Positions 19,201-28,851 are shown, numbered from the stretch's first letter. The stretch: DNA of 64,000 nucleotides from Verrucomicrobia bacterium UBA6056 (GCA_002429005.1 DIYK01000018.1:1-64000), one strand, 5' to 3'. Notes: generated by a model from the sequence alone, not told the origin. Made by a program: numbers and translations.

Positions 19201-21462
19201 GCGGCTCTCAAAGGCATTGAATACTTCTTCCCGTTTTTCTGCGATCTTCAGAATGAACTCATCTGACTCTGAAAAACGCCCCTCCAATTCCTCGACCTGT
19301 AACATCACCCGGCTCATCGCACTCGCACAGGCCTCAGGACTATTGCAAACATCGAGGGAGTTGAGGACGGCCTGATTGAGCAGCTTCATCTGCGAGGCAA
19401 ACTCCGCTTTTCCCTCCACAGAGCCCAGCTCATTCATGCGGTTTTTCAGCGCAGCCCTCGCCTGATTCAACGAGGCAAATAAAAGCGAAATTCCATCCGT
19501 GATCCGAACCCGCTGAGTGGCATCGTCGATCTGTAACCCACCCACGGTCTCAATGAGCATTTCCAACTCGGAAGCAATCGCCTCCAGTTCCTCTTCCAGT
19601 TTCCGCCCATCGGACACTTTTTTCAGGCCCTCCACCCCGGGAGCCAGCGCTTCAATTCGCTGTTCATAGGGGAGCAGGGCTTGGTCACCGAGCAGAAAAT
19701 CGATACAACGCCGGGCCTGCCGCTCTGCAGCATCGCGCAGCTCCTGTTCCAGAGTATCCACCTGCTCCAAATCCATGTAGCGCAGATCCCGCAACCCCAC
19801 CACGTTCCCCCGCAGGGAGCGGAGGCTGCGTAGCGCATCCACATGCTCGGTCAACTGGTCAAAGCGAGCCAGCCGCAGGCGGTTTTTCAGTTCCTCAATC
19901 TCTGCATTCCTCTCCTGCAACTGAGTTTCTGCAGCGTGACGGAGTTGTTGAACTTTTTCAAATTCTGCAATAGCGGCAGAAGCGGCTTTCCGGATCTCCT
20001 CCAGAGCTTCGCCCGGAGCAAAGGCTTCCGGATCTTTCATCCAGAAAAACGAATCCAGCAACTCCGTAGCTTGGCGGACAATGTCCACGTACAGATCCGC
20101 ATACGAATCCCCGCGGTTCAACAGCCCCAGCAAGGTACCGCAACCAGCCATGCATCGAACTACATCCCGGTTACCAACCTTGTACAACAGCCCGCTTTCT
20201 TTCGCTGGGTTGCTCTGAAGTTCCTTAGCGTATGGACTGCTCCAGACTTGTACTACATGCGATTTCGCAGCTTCCTCCTGCGCGGTAAACACCACCAAGC
20301 GCCCATCTGAGAACAGACAATACCCATGGCATTCCACCGGGGTGGAAACCTCCTGACGGATGATGTTGTAGGAAAGCAGTACATAGAGACCACTCTCCCG
20401 GTTGTAGAAAATGTACAATACATCCTCGCCGTTGGGAGAGGCAATACGGCGGTCGAACATCATGTCCGTCATCCCGCCTTCAAATTCTTTGCAGATCCCG
20501 GTCTGAAGATAATACCCATTGGAAAAGATCACGCCCTGATCTTCTGGCAGGAGTACGCAGGCCCGGGAAATTCCGTCGAGGCGGCGGGCCTGCCGGACCT
20601 TTTCACTATAGGCAAGATAGCGGGGCTTCTCTTCGCGATAGGGAAGCACACGCAGTAGAATCAGATGTCCAACCGAGGCAAAGGCGAACTCAGCATCATC
20701 CAGCGTCTGATCCGGATCCTCCACCGGTTCTGAATAGATGCCCTCACCGGTTTCGGTATTATCCTCCACCTTGATGGTTAAATCGCCACCGGTGCTTTCC
20801 ACAAAGATGCGGTCCTCGTAGGAAATATGAGCATGCTCTCCTTCCCGGTGCATATCCCGGCTGGCGCGGAGCCACTCAAACTCATGCTGAGGTGGAAATT
20901 TCAGTTCATGATCACTGCGGTTATCCACATAGCTCAGAACGCCATCATCAGCCACCTGGAATTTAAAGGTTTTAATATCCGACACATCTTTTCCCACCCG
21001 GAACACCATAAACAGGTGAGGGCCCTGCAAAGAGAAACGGGCAAAGCGTGTGTTTTTGTAATAGGTATACAGATCCTTAAAGTCCCGCAGGAAGCCGGGA
21101 TCCTCCAATTCCTGTAAGGGTTGCTCCTGTAAGCCCCCTTCATCCGGAAACGCAAAGAATGAAAACACATCCTGGGCTTGCATCTCCTGCCGCAAGCCCA
21201 ACTGAACATTATAGCCCAGCAAGAGACGCTTCCCCAGGGCCACCATATCTCTGGGGACACAATTGTTATCCGTGAGCACCCGCTCGGTGGCGATCAGCTC
21301 CGGCTCAATTCCGCCGAATACTTCCTTCCGGGCGCTGTTCAGCTGATCCACCCGCTCCCGCAGGGTTGCCCCGTGTCCCTGAAGGCGCCGGCGGATGATT
21401 TCATAGGCCCCGCCTTCAAGAACAGGAGCCTCCTCGGTTGTATTTTCTATCAGGTCAGTCAT
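16276..21462 (-). CDS. giant (1728 aa) coiled-coil protein with a central MoxR/dynein-type AAA_5 ATPase domain
   Basis: Walker A 'LMLISPPGYGKTTL', Walker B 'VMIYVDDIQ' and a sensor region 'VVMAGNPYTESGEKFRIPDMLANRADTY' parallel the MoxR encoded at 46105-47112 (…[22 protein letters not shown]…). The N-terminal about 450 aa are beta-rich. Long E/L/R/Q coiled-coil stretches flank the ATPase. Confidence 0.6.
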   Translation of the reverse strand: MTDLIENTTEEAPVLEGGAYEIIRRRLQGHGATLRERVDQLNSARKEVFGGIEPELIATERVLTDNNCVPRDMVALGKRLLLGYNVQLGLRQEMQAQDVFSFFAFPDEGGLQEQPLQELEDPGFLRDFKDLYTYYKNTRFARFSLQGPHLFMVFRVGKDVSDIKTFKFQVADDGVLSYVDNRSDHELKFPPQHEFEWLRASRDMHREGEHAHISYEDRIFVESTGGDLTIKVEDNTETGEGIYSEPVEDPDQTLDDAEFAFASVGHLILLRVLPYREEKPRYLAYSEKVRQARRLDGISRACVLLPEDQGVIFSNGYYLQTGICKEFEGGMTDMMFDRRIASPNGEDVLYIFYNRESGLYVLLSYNIIRQEVSTPVECHGYCLFSDGRLVVFTAQEEAAKSHVVQVWSSPYAKELQSNPAKESGLLYKVGNRDVVRCMAGCGTLLGLLNRGDSYADLYVDIVRQATELLDSFFWMKDPEAFAPGEALEEIRKAASAAIAEFEKVQQLRHAAETQLQERNAEIEELKNRLRLARFDQLTEHVDALRSLRSLRGNVVGLRDLRYMDLEQVDTLEQELRDAAERQARRCIDFLLGDQALLPYEQRIEALAPGVEGLKKVSDGRKLEEELEAIASELEMLIETVGGLQIDDATQRVRITDGISLLFASLNQARAALKNRMNELGSVEGKAEFASQMKLLNQAVLNSLDVCNSPEACASAMSRVMLQVEELEGRFSESDEFILKIAEKREEVFNAFESRRVSLLEARNRRADTLMRSGERLLNSLKNRVGHLESAEEIHATFASDMMVEKLRDLIQQLEELGDPIKAGDLQTQLKTCREEALRQLQDREELFVGGENVIQFGRHRFAVNTQALDLTLLPREGDMMLHLTGTGFFERVQDETFQTTQDLWEQERVSENSQVSRMEYLAYVMLDDLEEEAGNPEALLEQVRNFMAPRYAEGYQKGVHDEDAAQLLGALLKLREGLGLLKTPPLQRALALIYWQYAQGTEAGQLQATRMRGAGEANRVFRRQQRPAALLRELEQALAGFAEQSGLWDSGDASGAAKYLFDILSVEQRHPISAEAGALLAGMRERLQKLAAERELKQALQSLQETPLARYHLCLEWLRAYLEAEEKPSCPEETLMEAAALLCCDVADPAAVATLSEEIPLEGLRSVHPRWSNGSLVLRYSEFMQRLAEFQRVQVPRFEHYQELKKKLLEETRQEMRLEEFMPRVLSSFVRNKLIDRVYLPLVGDNLAKQIGVVGKDTRTDRSGMLMLISPPGYGKTTLMEYIASRLGLVFMKINGPAIGHQVMSLDPSEAPNAAAREELHKLGLALEMGDNVMIYVDDIQHCNPEFLQKFISLCDAQRKIEGVYKGQSKTYDLRGKKVAVVMAGNPYTESGEKFRIPDMLANRADTYNLGDILGDHSADFELSFLENALTSNPALNALAAGNRDDVHALIQAASGDSEGLELKGRYTPEEQQEMLEVMRRMIHIRDVILAVNSEYIRSAGQADAYRTEPAFKLQGSYRNMSRLAGKVEAVMNEEELQTLIRSDYENESQTLTSGAEANLLKFKELTKTLSKEEEERWQEIKKVFARQQVMQGVGGDDRVGQAVAQLSVMGEGLQEIREAIRQAAVTPQAEEEILAGLNQETLARIEQMLQSAPASPRRDPSSGEGTAAGSSELSPLMARLLEQQFERWQEAVLSEGSGPKRVAARLKQARNMYSELLNQLGYGAGHE

Positions 21463-21489
21463 TGTTCGCCATTAGTCACTGATCACTGA

Positions 21490-23484
21490 TCAACCCTTCA
21501 GTTTAAACAGTTCCCCAACCTGCTTGGCCCCCAGGCCCAGCGTTTTGGAGGTTTCGCTCAGGCGGCCGAGGGTATCCAGGGTATCTTTGTCATCCGCTGC
21601 AGCGGTCATTTTGGCCAACAGGGCGGAGACACTGAGATTTTTGAGGTCTTCGCTGCTGATACCGAATCGGCCGGCAAAGGTTTTCAGTTGATTGGTGAAG
21701 GCTTCCGGATCACCGGTGAACAGCGTGTTGGTCACATCCGTTAACAGATTGCTGTTGCCCACCATGCTGTCGATCGCCTTGCCCTGGGTAACCGAGGACA
21801 CAATCTTATCGAAGAAGGTGCTCTCTCCGCCCACGATATCGATGTCAGCACTCTTGAGCGCTTCACCCACAATACTGGCCTGCTCAGCAGCGATATCCCG
21901 CTGTACGGTCACCGCCGCCATCTGCAGTTCGAGGTCTTTGTTCAGCTGCAGCTTGAACTCCTCGTGTTCACGCCCCACTTCGTCGAACAACTTCATGGCT
22001 TCCGCTTTCTTCTCAATCCCATCTGCTTCCGCAAAAGCTTTTTCTCCGATCACGGTGGCTTCGGCACGGCCAAATTTCTCGGTGGCCTCAGCCTTGGCTT
22101 CCAGAGCCCGGGCTTCACCCATGCCAATCACGGCTTCCTCCTGAGCTTTCGCATCGGCCAGGATCTTGCGGGCGTCCGCTTCGCGTTCGCTGGCATCCCG
22201 TTGAGCCTGAGCGGCAATCACATGTTCTTCAGCTTCATGACGGGCGGCATCCCGTTTCGCCTCGGCATCCAGCACTTTAAGAATTTTTTCAGACTGACCC
22301 TGTTCATTTGCCTGGGTTTCCGCAACCTGACGAGCACGTTCAGCCGTGGCGAACTCCTGGGTATCCTTAATCTTCTCCTCTTCCTCAACCACAGTACGTT
22401 CCACCGAGACCCGTTCGCGGATCACTTCCTGAATATTCTTCTTCTCGACTTCGACTGCTTTTTCCTTGTCGATGTCTTTCAAGGTGACCAGACGCTCGCG
22501 TTCCACCCGTTCCAGGCCACGATCGCGCTCCACACGTTCATTCTCGACCGCTTCGGTCCGTTCTTTGTTTTTCTGAGCGACAATAATCTGCCGCATGCGG
22601 TTTTCTTCCGCAACGGCGACTTCCTCGGCCGTCTGAATGCGAACCCGCTCAGAACGTAGTCGCTCTTCTTCCTCGACCACTTTCGCCTGAGCCTCCTCAC
22701 GAGCCGTAATTTCAGCAATCTCCCGGGCTTGCTTCTGCTCGGCATCCGCCTGCTGGCGCTCCAACTCCAGGATGGCCTCCCGTGCTTCCACATTCTGTTT
22801 CTTGATCGTTTTTTCCTCGTTCACTTTAATATCATTGGCGAGGATCGCCTGCTCTGCGGTGAGCTTGGTAATTTTCTTAATCCCCTCCGCATCAAAAATG
22901 TTTTTGGGGTCTAAGGCTGTGATGGAGGTCTGCTCCAGATAATCAATCGCAGCATCATCGAGAATGTAGCCGTTCAGGTCGGTACCAATGACTTTCAGGA
23001 TCTCCTCTTTGAAGCGTTCCCGATTGGTATAGAGGTCTACAAAATCAAACTGTTTCCCCACCGTCTTCAGGCCCTCGGAGAACTTGGCATCAAAGAACTC
23101 CACCAAAGATTGCGGATCGGATCCACGCTCACAGCCCAGGGATTGGGCAACCTTGAGCACGTCCTGAGGCGTTTTGTTTACGCGAACAAAAAAGGCGACC
23201 TTCACATCTGCACGCAGATTATCCCGACAAATCAGTCCTTCAGCGTGAGCTCCGGTTCGGTTAATTTCAATACGCTTGACAGAAATATCCATCAGCTCTT
23301 TCCGGTGGAAAATCGGGAGCACCATCATGCCCACAAAACTAACCTTCGTTCCTCCGGAACCATTCCGAATCAACGCCGTACCCTGTTCCACTTTGTGGAA
23401 ACAGGAAGCGAATAGAGACACAGTTCCAAACAACACCACTCCGAGCACAACGCCCAGAACGATAAAAATTTCAGTCAGCGGCAT
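21490..23484 (-). CDS. flotillin-family SPFH/band-7 protein (YqiK-like)
   Basis: N-terminal TM anchor, SPFH core (…HKVEQGTALIRNGSGGTKVSF…) and a very long E/A/R/K/Q-rich coiled-coil tail typical of bacterial flotillins. Overlaps the upstream NfeD-like gene by 14 nt. Confidence 0.8.
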   Translation of the reverse strand: MPLTEIFIVLGVVLGVVLFGTVSLFASCFHKVEQGTALIRNGSGGTKVSFVGMMVLPIFHRKELMDISVKRIEINRTGAHAEGLICRDNLRADVKVAFFVRVNKTPQDVLKVAQSLGCERGSDPQSLVEFFDAKFSEGLKTVGKQFDFVDLYTNRERFKEEILKVIGTDLNGYILDDAAIDYLEQTSITALDPKNIFDAEGIKKITKLTAEQAILANDIKVNEEKTIKKQNVEAREAILELERQQADAEQKQAREIAEITAREEAQAKVVEEEERLRSERVRIQTAEEVAVAEENRMRQIIVAQKNKERTEAVENERVERDRGLERVERERLVTLKDIDKEKAVEVEKKNIQEVIRERVSVERTVVEEEEKIKDTQEFATAERARQVAETQANEQGQSEKILKVLDAEAKRDAARHEAEEHVIAAQAQRDASEREADARKILADAKAQEEAVIGMGEARALEAKAEATEKFGRAEATVIGEKAFAEADGIEKKAEAMKLFDEVGREHEEFKLQLNKDLELQMAAVTVQRDIAAEQASIVGEALKSADIDIVGGESTFFDKIVSSVTQGKAIDSMVGNSNLLTDVTNTLFTGDPEAFTNQLKTFAGRFGISSEDLKNLSVSALLAKMTAAADDKDTLDTLGRLSETSKTLGLGAKQVGELFKLKG

Positions 23485-24289
23485 GAGTCTTCTCCTTCAT
23501 CGTAATCACATAGAGGTTTTGGTCTTTGATATATTTCGTAACCCTGGCTTTCGCCCCTTTGGGGATCTCTTCTCCCTGGCAGCGTACATTCAAGGCCAAT
23601 TCGGGTCCATTTCCACGGTATTCGGCTTGGCCAAATGCTTCATCGACTTTGGAGGAGGTCACTACGACTTCCTCCCCCAGCAAGCTGAAATGCGAGGAGG
23701 CATAATCCCGAAACTGTTTGAATACGGGAATGAAAGGCAGGCAGAAAAATTTGGTAAGCAAAAGGCTGAGACTGAGGTTGACCAAAAACAAGCCTGCTCC
23801 CCATAACAGGTCCGTATTTTGATGAATCAACGTATTCAAGGTGATGCTTAGAGCCCAAAGCGCCAGTACCATGATGCTGATAAAAAAGGAAAGAGGCACA
23901 TAGCGGATATTGAAAAACTCGAGAAAGCCTTCGAAGGAGGACCCCGCATCCACGTCTACATCTCCATCAAAATCCACATCCGGCATATCAAAATCAAAGG
24001 CCTCTACATCCAAGGCACCAATCAATACAGTGACCCAATAAACCAGCACGAGAATCAGCAACAGGGTCGCCGGCAGATTGACCACTGAGAAACTGCTATG
24101 AAAGAGTTCCACCATACCATCCATAGCTTGGCCATATCCATTTGCCTGCGCAGTGACAAGAGCAGGCATGGAGAAAGCAGGCGCAAGTTGATCAGGGAGA
24201 CTCCCCGAGTTCCAGTGGGCATACAGCATGCTTTGATCATGCCCTTGGAGCGTAAATAAGGGGATTATAAAGGGGGCGTTTTCCTGCAA
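23471..24289 (-). CDS. NfeD/YqiJ-family membrane protein (flotillin partner)
   Basis: Several TM helices plus a C-terminal OB-fold-like soluble domain (…GEEVVVTSSKVDEAFGQAEYRGNGPELALNVRCQGEEIPKGAKARVTKYIKDQNLYVI…) in the classic position immediately upstream of flotillin. Confidence 0.6.
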   Translation of the reverse strand: MQENAPFIIPLFTLQGHDQSMLYAHWNSGSLPDQLAPAFSMPALVTAQANGYGQAMDGMVELFHSSFSVVNLPATLLLILVLVYWVTVLIGALDVEAFDFDMPDVDFDGDVDVDAGSSFEGFLEFFNIRYVPLSFFISIMVLALWALSITLNTLIHQNTDLLWGAGLFLVNLSLSLLLTKFFCLPFIPVFKQFRDYASSHFSLLGEEVVVTSSKVDEAFGQAEYRGNGPELALNVRCQGEEIPKGAKARVTKYIKDQNLYVITMKEKTHAAD

Positions 24290-24355
24290 TGCCTCCGCAG
24301 AACCGACTGAAAAACGAGACAGGTCAAGATCACCACGTCCTGAACCGAAATCCGC

Positions 24356-25606
24356 TTGCCCTACGCTTGTAGACAGTTAGTCCTATCCCGTATGAGGATA
24401 GAAAAAGGAACCAAGCATAGGATCATTCTGTGGACGCTGCGTGGAATCGGTTGGCTTAGCTTTGCAACCTGCGTTGTGCTTCTGATTCGAGGTCGGGATT
24501 TCATCATCGCTTTTGGCCGCAGAAATCCTCCACCGCTCCTTTGCCTGGCTTCCGCCTGCATCTGCCTGGCTGCGGCCTATCTCATGCAGAAGAAAGGCCC
24601 GCCACAGCGTTTGCGTATCGCGAATCTTATCCTCATGAGCTTTAGTTTTCTCCTCTTCGGTTCTCTGGCGGAAGTGGGCATCCGAATGTTTCTTCAGAAA
24701 ACGCAGGGCTTCAATTCCATGCAGCAGATGTTCAATCCGAATCCGGATGGGAACCTGCCCACGACCAGTCACCACCCTTTATTGGTGATTACGCAATTGA
24801 GCGCGGATAAGCGGCTGATCTATGAACTAAAACCCAATCTGGATCTGAGTTTCGGTCACAACGAACTCAAAACCAACAGCGCCGGTATGCGGGAAAGCGA
24901 AGAATTTTCCCTGGAAAAACCCGAGGGCACCCTGCGCATCGTCGGATTAGGAGACAGTGGTATGTGGGGATGGAACCTGCATCAGGGGAATGGATACATG
25001 GAAGTGTTGGAACAGAAGCTGAATGCGGAAAGCACTCATTCCATTGAAGTACTCAACTTTGCCGTTCCCGGTTACAATACCTATCAGGAGCTACAAACCC
25101 TACAAAGTAAAGGTCTGGCTTACCAGCCGGATGTGGTCGTCATTGGTTGGTGCGATAATGATTACCAACTCCCCTTTTTCATGTACTCACGCCGGGATCA
25201 TTGGAAAGAACCCGGCTCCTACCTCCTCTCTTTGATGGTGACCCGGGAAGCCTTTCTGGAGAAAATGACTCCGGAAGTCTTAAAGATTGGCGATATCCCT
25301 GAAAATACGGTGGACCCCGAAGTGATCGAGTTTGCCGGTGAAGCGGGTGTCCGTAAATCACTGGAAGTCTTCAAACAACTCAGTGAGGAGCATCAGTTCA
25401 AACTCCTCCTGTTCGGGCCCTTACGGGCGGAAATTCTGGAGATCTGCGAGGAGGTTGGTATTGAAACCCTCAACTCCTTTGATCTACGTGAGCAGAACCC
25501 TCCGGAAGACTGTCATGTCTTTTACATGCATCCCAGCGCCTGTGGACATGAAATTTTGGGCAACTTCCTTGCCGAAGAGCTTCAGGCCAGGAACTGGATC
25601 CCCTGA
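24356..25606 (+). CDS. membrane-anchored SGNH/GDSL-family hydrolase
   Basis: N-terminal TM helices. GDSL block 'IVGLGDSGMWGW' and the later conserved blocks of SGNH esterases. Confidence 0.6.
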   Translation: MPYACRQLVLSRMRIEKGTKHRIILWTLRGIGWLSFATCVVLLIRGRDFIIAFGRRNPPPLLCLASACICLAAAYLMQKKGPPQRLRIANLILMSFSFLLFGSLAEVGIRMFLQKTQGFNSMQQMFNPNPDGNLPTTSHHPLLVITQLSADKRLIYELKPNLDLSFGHNELKTNSAGMRESEEFSLEKPEGTLRIVGLGDSGMWGWNLHQGNGYMEVLEQKLNAESTHSIEVLNFAVPGYNTYQELQTLQSKGLAYQPDVVVIGWCDNDYQLPFFMYSRRDHWKEPGSYLLSLMVTREAFLEKMTPEVLKIGDIPENTVDPEVIEFAGEAGVRKSLEVFKQLSEEHQFKLLLFGPLRAEILEICEEVGIETLNSFDLREQNPPEDCHVFYMHPSACGHEILGNFLAEELQARNWIP

Positions 25607-25675
25607 TTCAAAAAACCAATCTGTCCCATACATTCCTGCTGGAGCTTCCTATAGCCCTTCCAGTATAGTTCCCTC

Positions 25676-27556
25676 ATGTGGAAGTCCTTCATACGGGAAC
25701 ATCAGCTTCGGAAACTTCGGATTAGTTACTTTTTCGCTCTCAGCCTGGTGGCTCTGCTTAGCATTCTCGGATATATCTTTAGTTACTCGCTTTTTCAGGG
25801 ACATCAAAATGATGCCCACGTGATCAATGTTGCTGGACGGCAACGTATGCTCAGCCAGCGGATCAGTAAAGTAGCGGTGAGCCTTCGCCTGAACCTGAAT
25901 AACTCTCAGGAACGAATGGTTGAGCTGGAACAGGCCCTCCAGCTCTTTACGGATTCAAACCAGGGCTTACAGGATCGCTCAGAGGAGCTAGGCCTGGAAG
26001 GAGTGAACAGTCCCGAAATCCAACTCCTGTTTCAAGATCTGGCCCCTTTTTCAGAGAGCATCCAGACATCGGCTCAAACGATCCTATTGCAGGCTGCAGA
26101 CGAACAAGTACCGGATCCGGACGAGGCACTTGGAAGCCTGCTTCAGGCCGAGAGTCACTTCCTGCCTCTGATGGATGAGATCGTTCTTCAGTACGAAATG
26201 GAAGCGACCCGTGAAGCGCAACTTCTCATGCATCTGGAAAGTGTCATGCTCTCCGTTGTTCTGTTCCTCTTAGGTATCGAAGCACTCCTGATCTTTCGAC
26301 CCGCGGTAAATACTCTCCGAGAACAAAACCAACACCTGCGAAAGAATAATGCTCAACAGCAACAACTGGCAGAAGAACTTTCGACCAGAAACGAGGAATT
26401 GCTGATTACCTTGGAACGGGCACAGGAGGCCACCCGTTTGAAATCAGAATTTCTGGCCACCATGAGTCATGAGATTCGAACGCCCATGCATGCAGCAAAG
26501 GGAATGACGACCCTCTTACTGGATTCTGATCTCAATGCGGTTCAGCGGGAATATGCAAGTATTGTTCTCAACAGCACGGACAACCTCCTGGCCCTGATCA
26601 ATGACATCCTGGATTTCACGAAAATTGAATCGGGTGAGATCCAGTTGGAATTGGCCCCGCTCCGTGTACGGGCTCTCCTGAATCAAGTAACCCAACTCTT
26701 CAAAGAAGAAACTCAACAGAAAAAGCTTCAGCTTCATTTACATCTGGACGACAAGCTGCCTGATTGCATTGAAACAGACAGTAGTCGACTCCGACAGATT
26801 CTGATAAACCTGATCGGAAATGCAGTAAAGTTCACGGAGCGTGGAGAGATCTCCGTCAAGGTATCGGCTGAAATGCATGAGAAGAACTCGGCAGGTTGTG
26901 ACCTGAGTATTTCTGTGTCCGATACAGGGATCGGTATTGCCCCCGAGAAACAATCCCGCTTATTCCAACCCTTCACACAAGCAGACCAGAACATTCATCA
27001 ACGATACGGAGGAACGGGACTGGGATTGGCGATCTCCTCCCGTCTCGCGACAGCATTGGGCGGACAACTCCGCTGCGAAAGTGATGAAGGAACAGGGAGC
27101 ACATTTACACTAAGCCTTCGGAGTAAGGTGTTGCCCACGTCCGCTGAAGAGGCGGCTCCGCTCCCTCAAGAACATTTCCTAAGCAAACAAGCCCATCGCA
27201 GATCCTTAAAAGTACTGGTGGCGGATGATAATGATATCAATCAAACCATTATTTCAATAATGCTACAAAAATTAGGCCATTCGGTATTAGTCCGTTCCAA
27301 CGGAACGGAAGCCCTGGCCAGCATAGACGAGTCTATTGATTTGGTTCTCATGGACTTGGTTATGCCGGAAATGGATGGCTTAGAATGCTCCCGCTTAATT
27401 CGGGAACTCCCTCTACAAAAACAACCCCGTATTGTGGCTCTCACTGCAAATGCATTTGATGAAGATCGTCAACACGCCTACGAAGCAGGTATGGATGCGT
27501 TCCTCAGCAAACCCATTGAGGTCGAAGAATTGATCCAAGAATTAAACTTATCCTGA
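25676..27556 (+). CDS. hybrid sensor histidine kinase/response regulator with an N-terminal PilJ/NarX-type periplasmic sensor
   Basis: TM1, a sensor with the hallmark 'AGRQRMLSQRISK' box, TM2, a coiled coil, HisKA H-box 'TMSHEIRTPMHA', HATPase_c N/G1/G2 boxes (NLIGNAVKFT…, DTGIGI, GGTGLGL), and a C-terminal REC domain (…VLVADDNDINQ…DLVLMDLVMPEMDG…). Confidence 0.8.
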   Translation: MWKSFIREHQLRKLRISYFFALSLVALLSILGYIFSYSLFQGHQNDAHVINVAGRQRMLSQRISKVAVSLRLNLNNSQERMVELEQALQLFTDSNQGLQDRSEELGLEGVNSPEIQLLFQDLAPFSESIQTSAQTILLQAADEQVPDPDEALGSLLQAESHFLPLMDEIVLQYEMEATREAQLLMHLESVMLSVVLFLLGIEALLIFRPAVNTLREQNQHLRKNNAQQQQLAEELSTRNEELLITLERAQEATRLKSEFLATMSHEIRTPMHAAKGMTTLLLDSDLNAVQREYASIVLNSTDNLLALINDILDFTKIESGEIQLELAPLRVRALLNQVTQLFKEETQQKKLQLHLHLDDKLPDCIETDSSRLRQILINLIGNAVKFTERGEISVKVSAEMHEKNSAGCDLSISVSDTGIGIAPEKQSRLFQPFTQADQNIHQRYGGTGLGLAISSRLATALGGQLRCESDEGTGSTFTLSLRSKVLPTSAEEAAPLPQEHFLSKQAHRRSLKVLVADDNDINQTIISIMLQKLGHSVLVRSNGTEALASIDESIDLVLMDLVMPEMDGLECSRLIRELPLQKQPRIVALTANAFDEDRQHAYEAGMDAFLSKPIEVEELIQELNLS

Positions 27557-27564
27557 GATATCAT

Positions 27565-28761
27565 TCAGTTCCCCGATAAGGGAATACGATATATAGCTCT
27601 ACGGCCATCCCGGTCTGATGTGAAATAGACGAATTGTGAGTGATGATCGATGATGGGATGAGGGTGCTCATCCTGAGTTCGCCAACTCGACCCGCTACGA
27701 CACAACGGAGTCCAGTTCAGCTCAGCCTGTTCCCAATCCACATCGACCCTGCAAATCCAATCCCCGGCCCAGCCCTCCCGGTCCCCTGCTTGTTCATAGT
27801 ATCCATCCGAAACCAATACCCCCGCTTGCCCCACAGTAAAATGTCCATATCGGGCACAGCCGGTACTCAGGGCAATTTCTGTTGGCCCCACACCTCGTGT
27901 TTCCGGCACAACCCTCCCCAGATAAGCGGTTCCATCTGCATAGATCCCGTGATAAATCGCCGCAGCCCCCTCCCGTTCCCACATTTCGTGGCAGGTAAAA
28001 TCGTCCCGACTGCGTCCATTCCCTTCATGACGCAAGCGGAGGTGATCTTTCCCATCAAAATACCACATGCGGCGGATACCACAATCCGCAGGCCATTCAT
28101 GATTATACAACAGTTTTCCTGAATCCTGAGGAGAGAACTGTACGTGCGTAATCCAGGCACGGGGTACCGGCTCACAGTGAAGAAGTTCTCCACTTTGGGT
28201 ATCATAGACCCGCAGATACGAAGATAACTTCTCAGCTTGGACCCGAGCATCGATATCGTACTCCGGTTTTCCCGGCAAAGGACGCGTCCCATCCAATGCA
28301 GCTTCGTCGGTACAGGGAACACATAAGCGCTTGCCATCCTCTGAGACATGCGTGAATGCCGTCATGTGCCCCCTGGGCAAGGTCGCCAAACACAGATTCT
28401 TTCCCTCCGCATCTACCTTGCGTATTTCGACTCCCTGAAGGTAGTAAAGCGTTCCGGATGCAGCATGGAAACTGGGACTGGCCTTACCCAGGCCGGAATA
28501 CGGTCTGCCATCGAAATATACATAGGATTTCAGATAGGCTTCCGTATTCCAGCTCAACTGCCTCTCGACTCCGGTTGTAAGATTCAGATCAAATAGATTA
28601 GGATGCCCCGTACGATCGCTGATAAATATCAGTCGTTCATCCCGGATATCCAAACTGGTGGAGGTAAAGTAGAGAAGTTGTTCATGAGCTGCGGCATACT
28701 GAGTCACTCGTTCGGGTTCATTCATGGCCCTAATCTGCGTAAGCCAGGTTAGACTTGGCAA
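27565..28761 (-). CDS. beta-propeller protein resembling oligogalacturonide lyase (PL22)/TolB-like
   Basis: N-terminal region …YFTSTSLDIRDERLIFISDRTGHPNLFDLNLTTGVERQLS… parallels the Ogl N-terminus (…FTRDGSKLLFAGEFDGNWNLYRLDLKTGEATQLT…). Repeated W/Y-rich beta-blade-like segments. Assignment is from memory of the family only. Confidence 0.4.
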   Translation of the reverse strand: MPSLTWLTQIRAMNEPERVTQYAAAHEQLLYFTSTSLDIRDERLIFISDRTGHPNLFDLNLTTGVERQLSWNTEAYLKSYVYFDGRPYSGLGKASPSFHAASGTLYYLQGVEIRKVDAEGKNLCLATLPRGHMTAFTHVSEDGKRLCVPCTDEAALDGTRPLPGKPEYDIDARVQAEKLSSYLRVYDTQSGELLHCEPVPRAWITHVQFSPQDSGKLLYNHEWPADCGIRRMWYFDGKDHLRLRHEGNGRSRDDFTCHEMWEREGAAAIYHGIYADGTAYLGRVVPETRGVGPTEIALSTGCARYGHFTVGQAGVLVSDGYYEQAGDREGWAGDWICRVDVDWEQAELNWTPLCRSGSSWRTQDEHPHPIIDHHSQFVYFTSDRDGRRAIYRIPLSGN

Positions 28762-28814
28762 GGTTAACTCGAAGCGAAGTCATCGATACAGCTTCAGCCG
28801 ATAGGATCTCCATC

Positions 28815-28851
28815 AAAAAAGCTGTTCCCCGGATTGGGAAACAGCTTTTTT
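28815..28851 (-). terminator. rho-independent terminator downstream of the anchored vWA gene
   Basis: aaaaaa-AAGCTGTTCC-ccggattg-GGAAACAGCTT-ttttt: a GC hairpin flanked by an A-run and a T-run, so it gives a U-tail on either strand. Confidence 0.5.
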
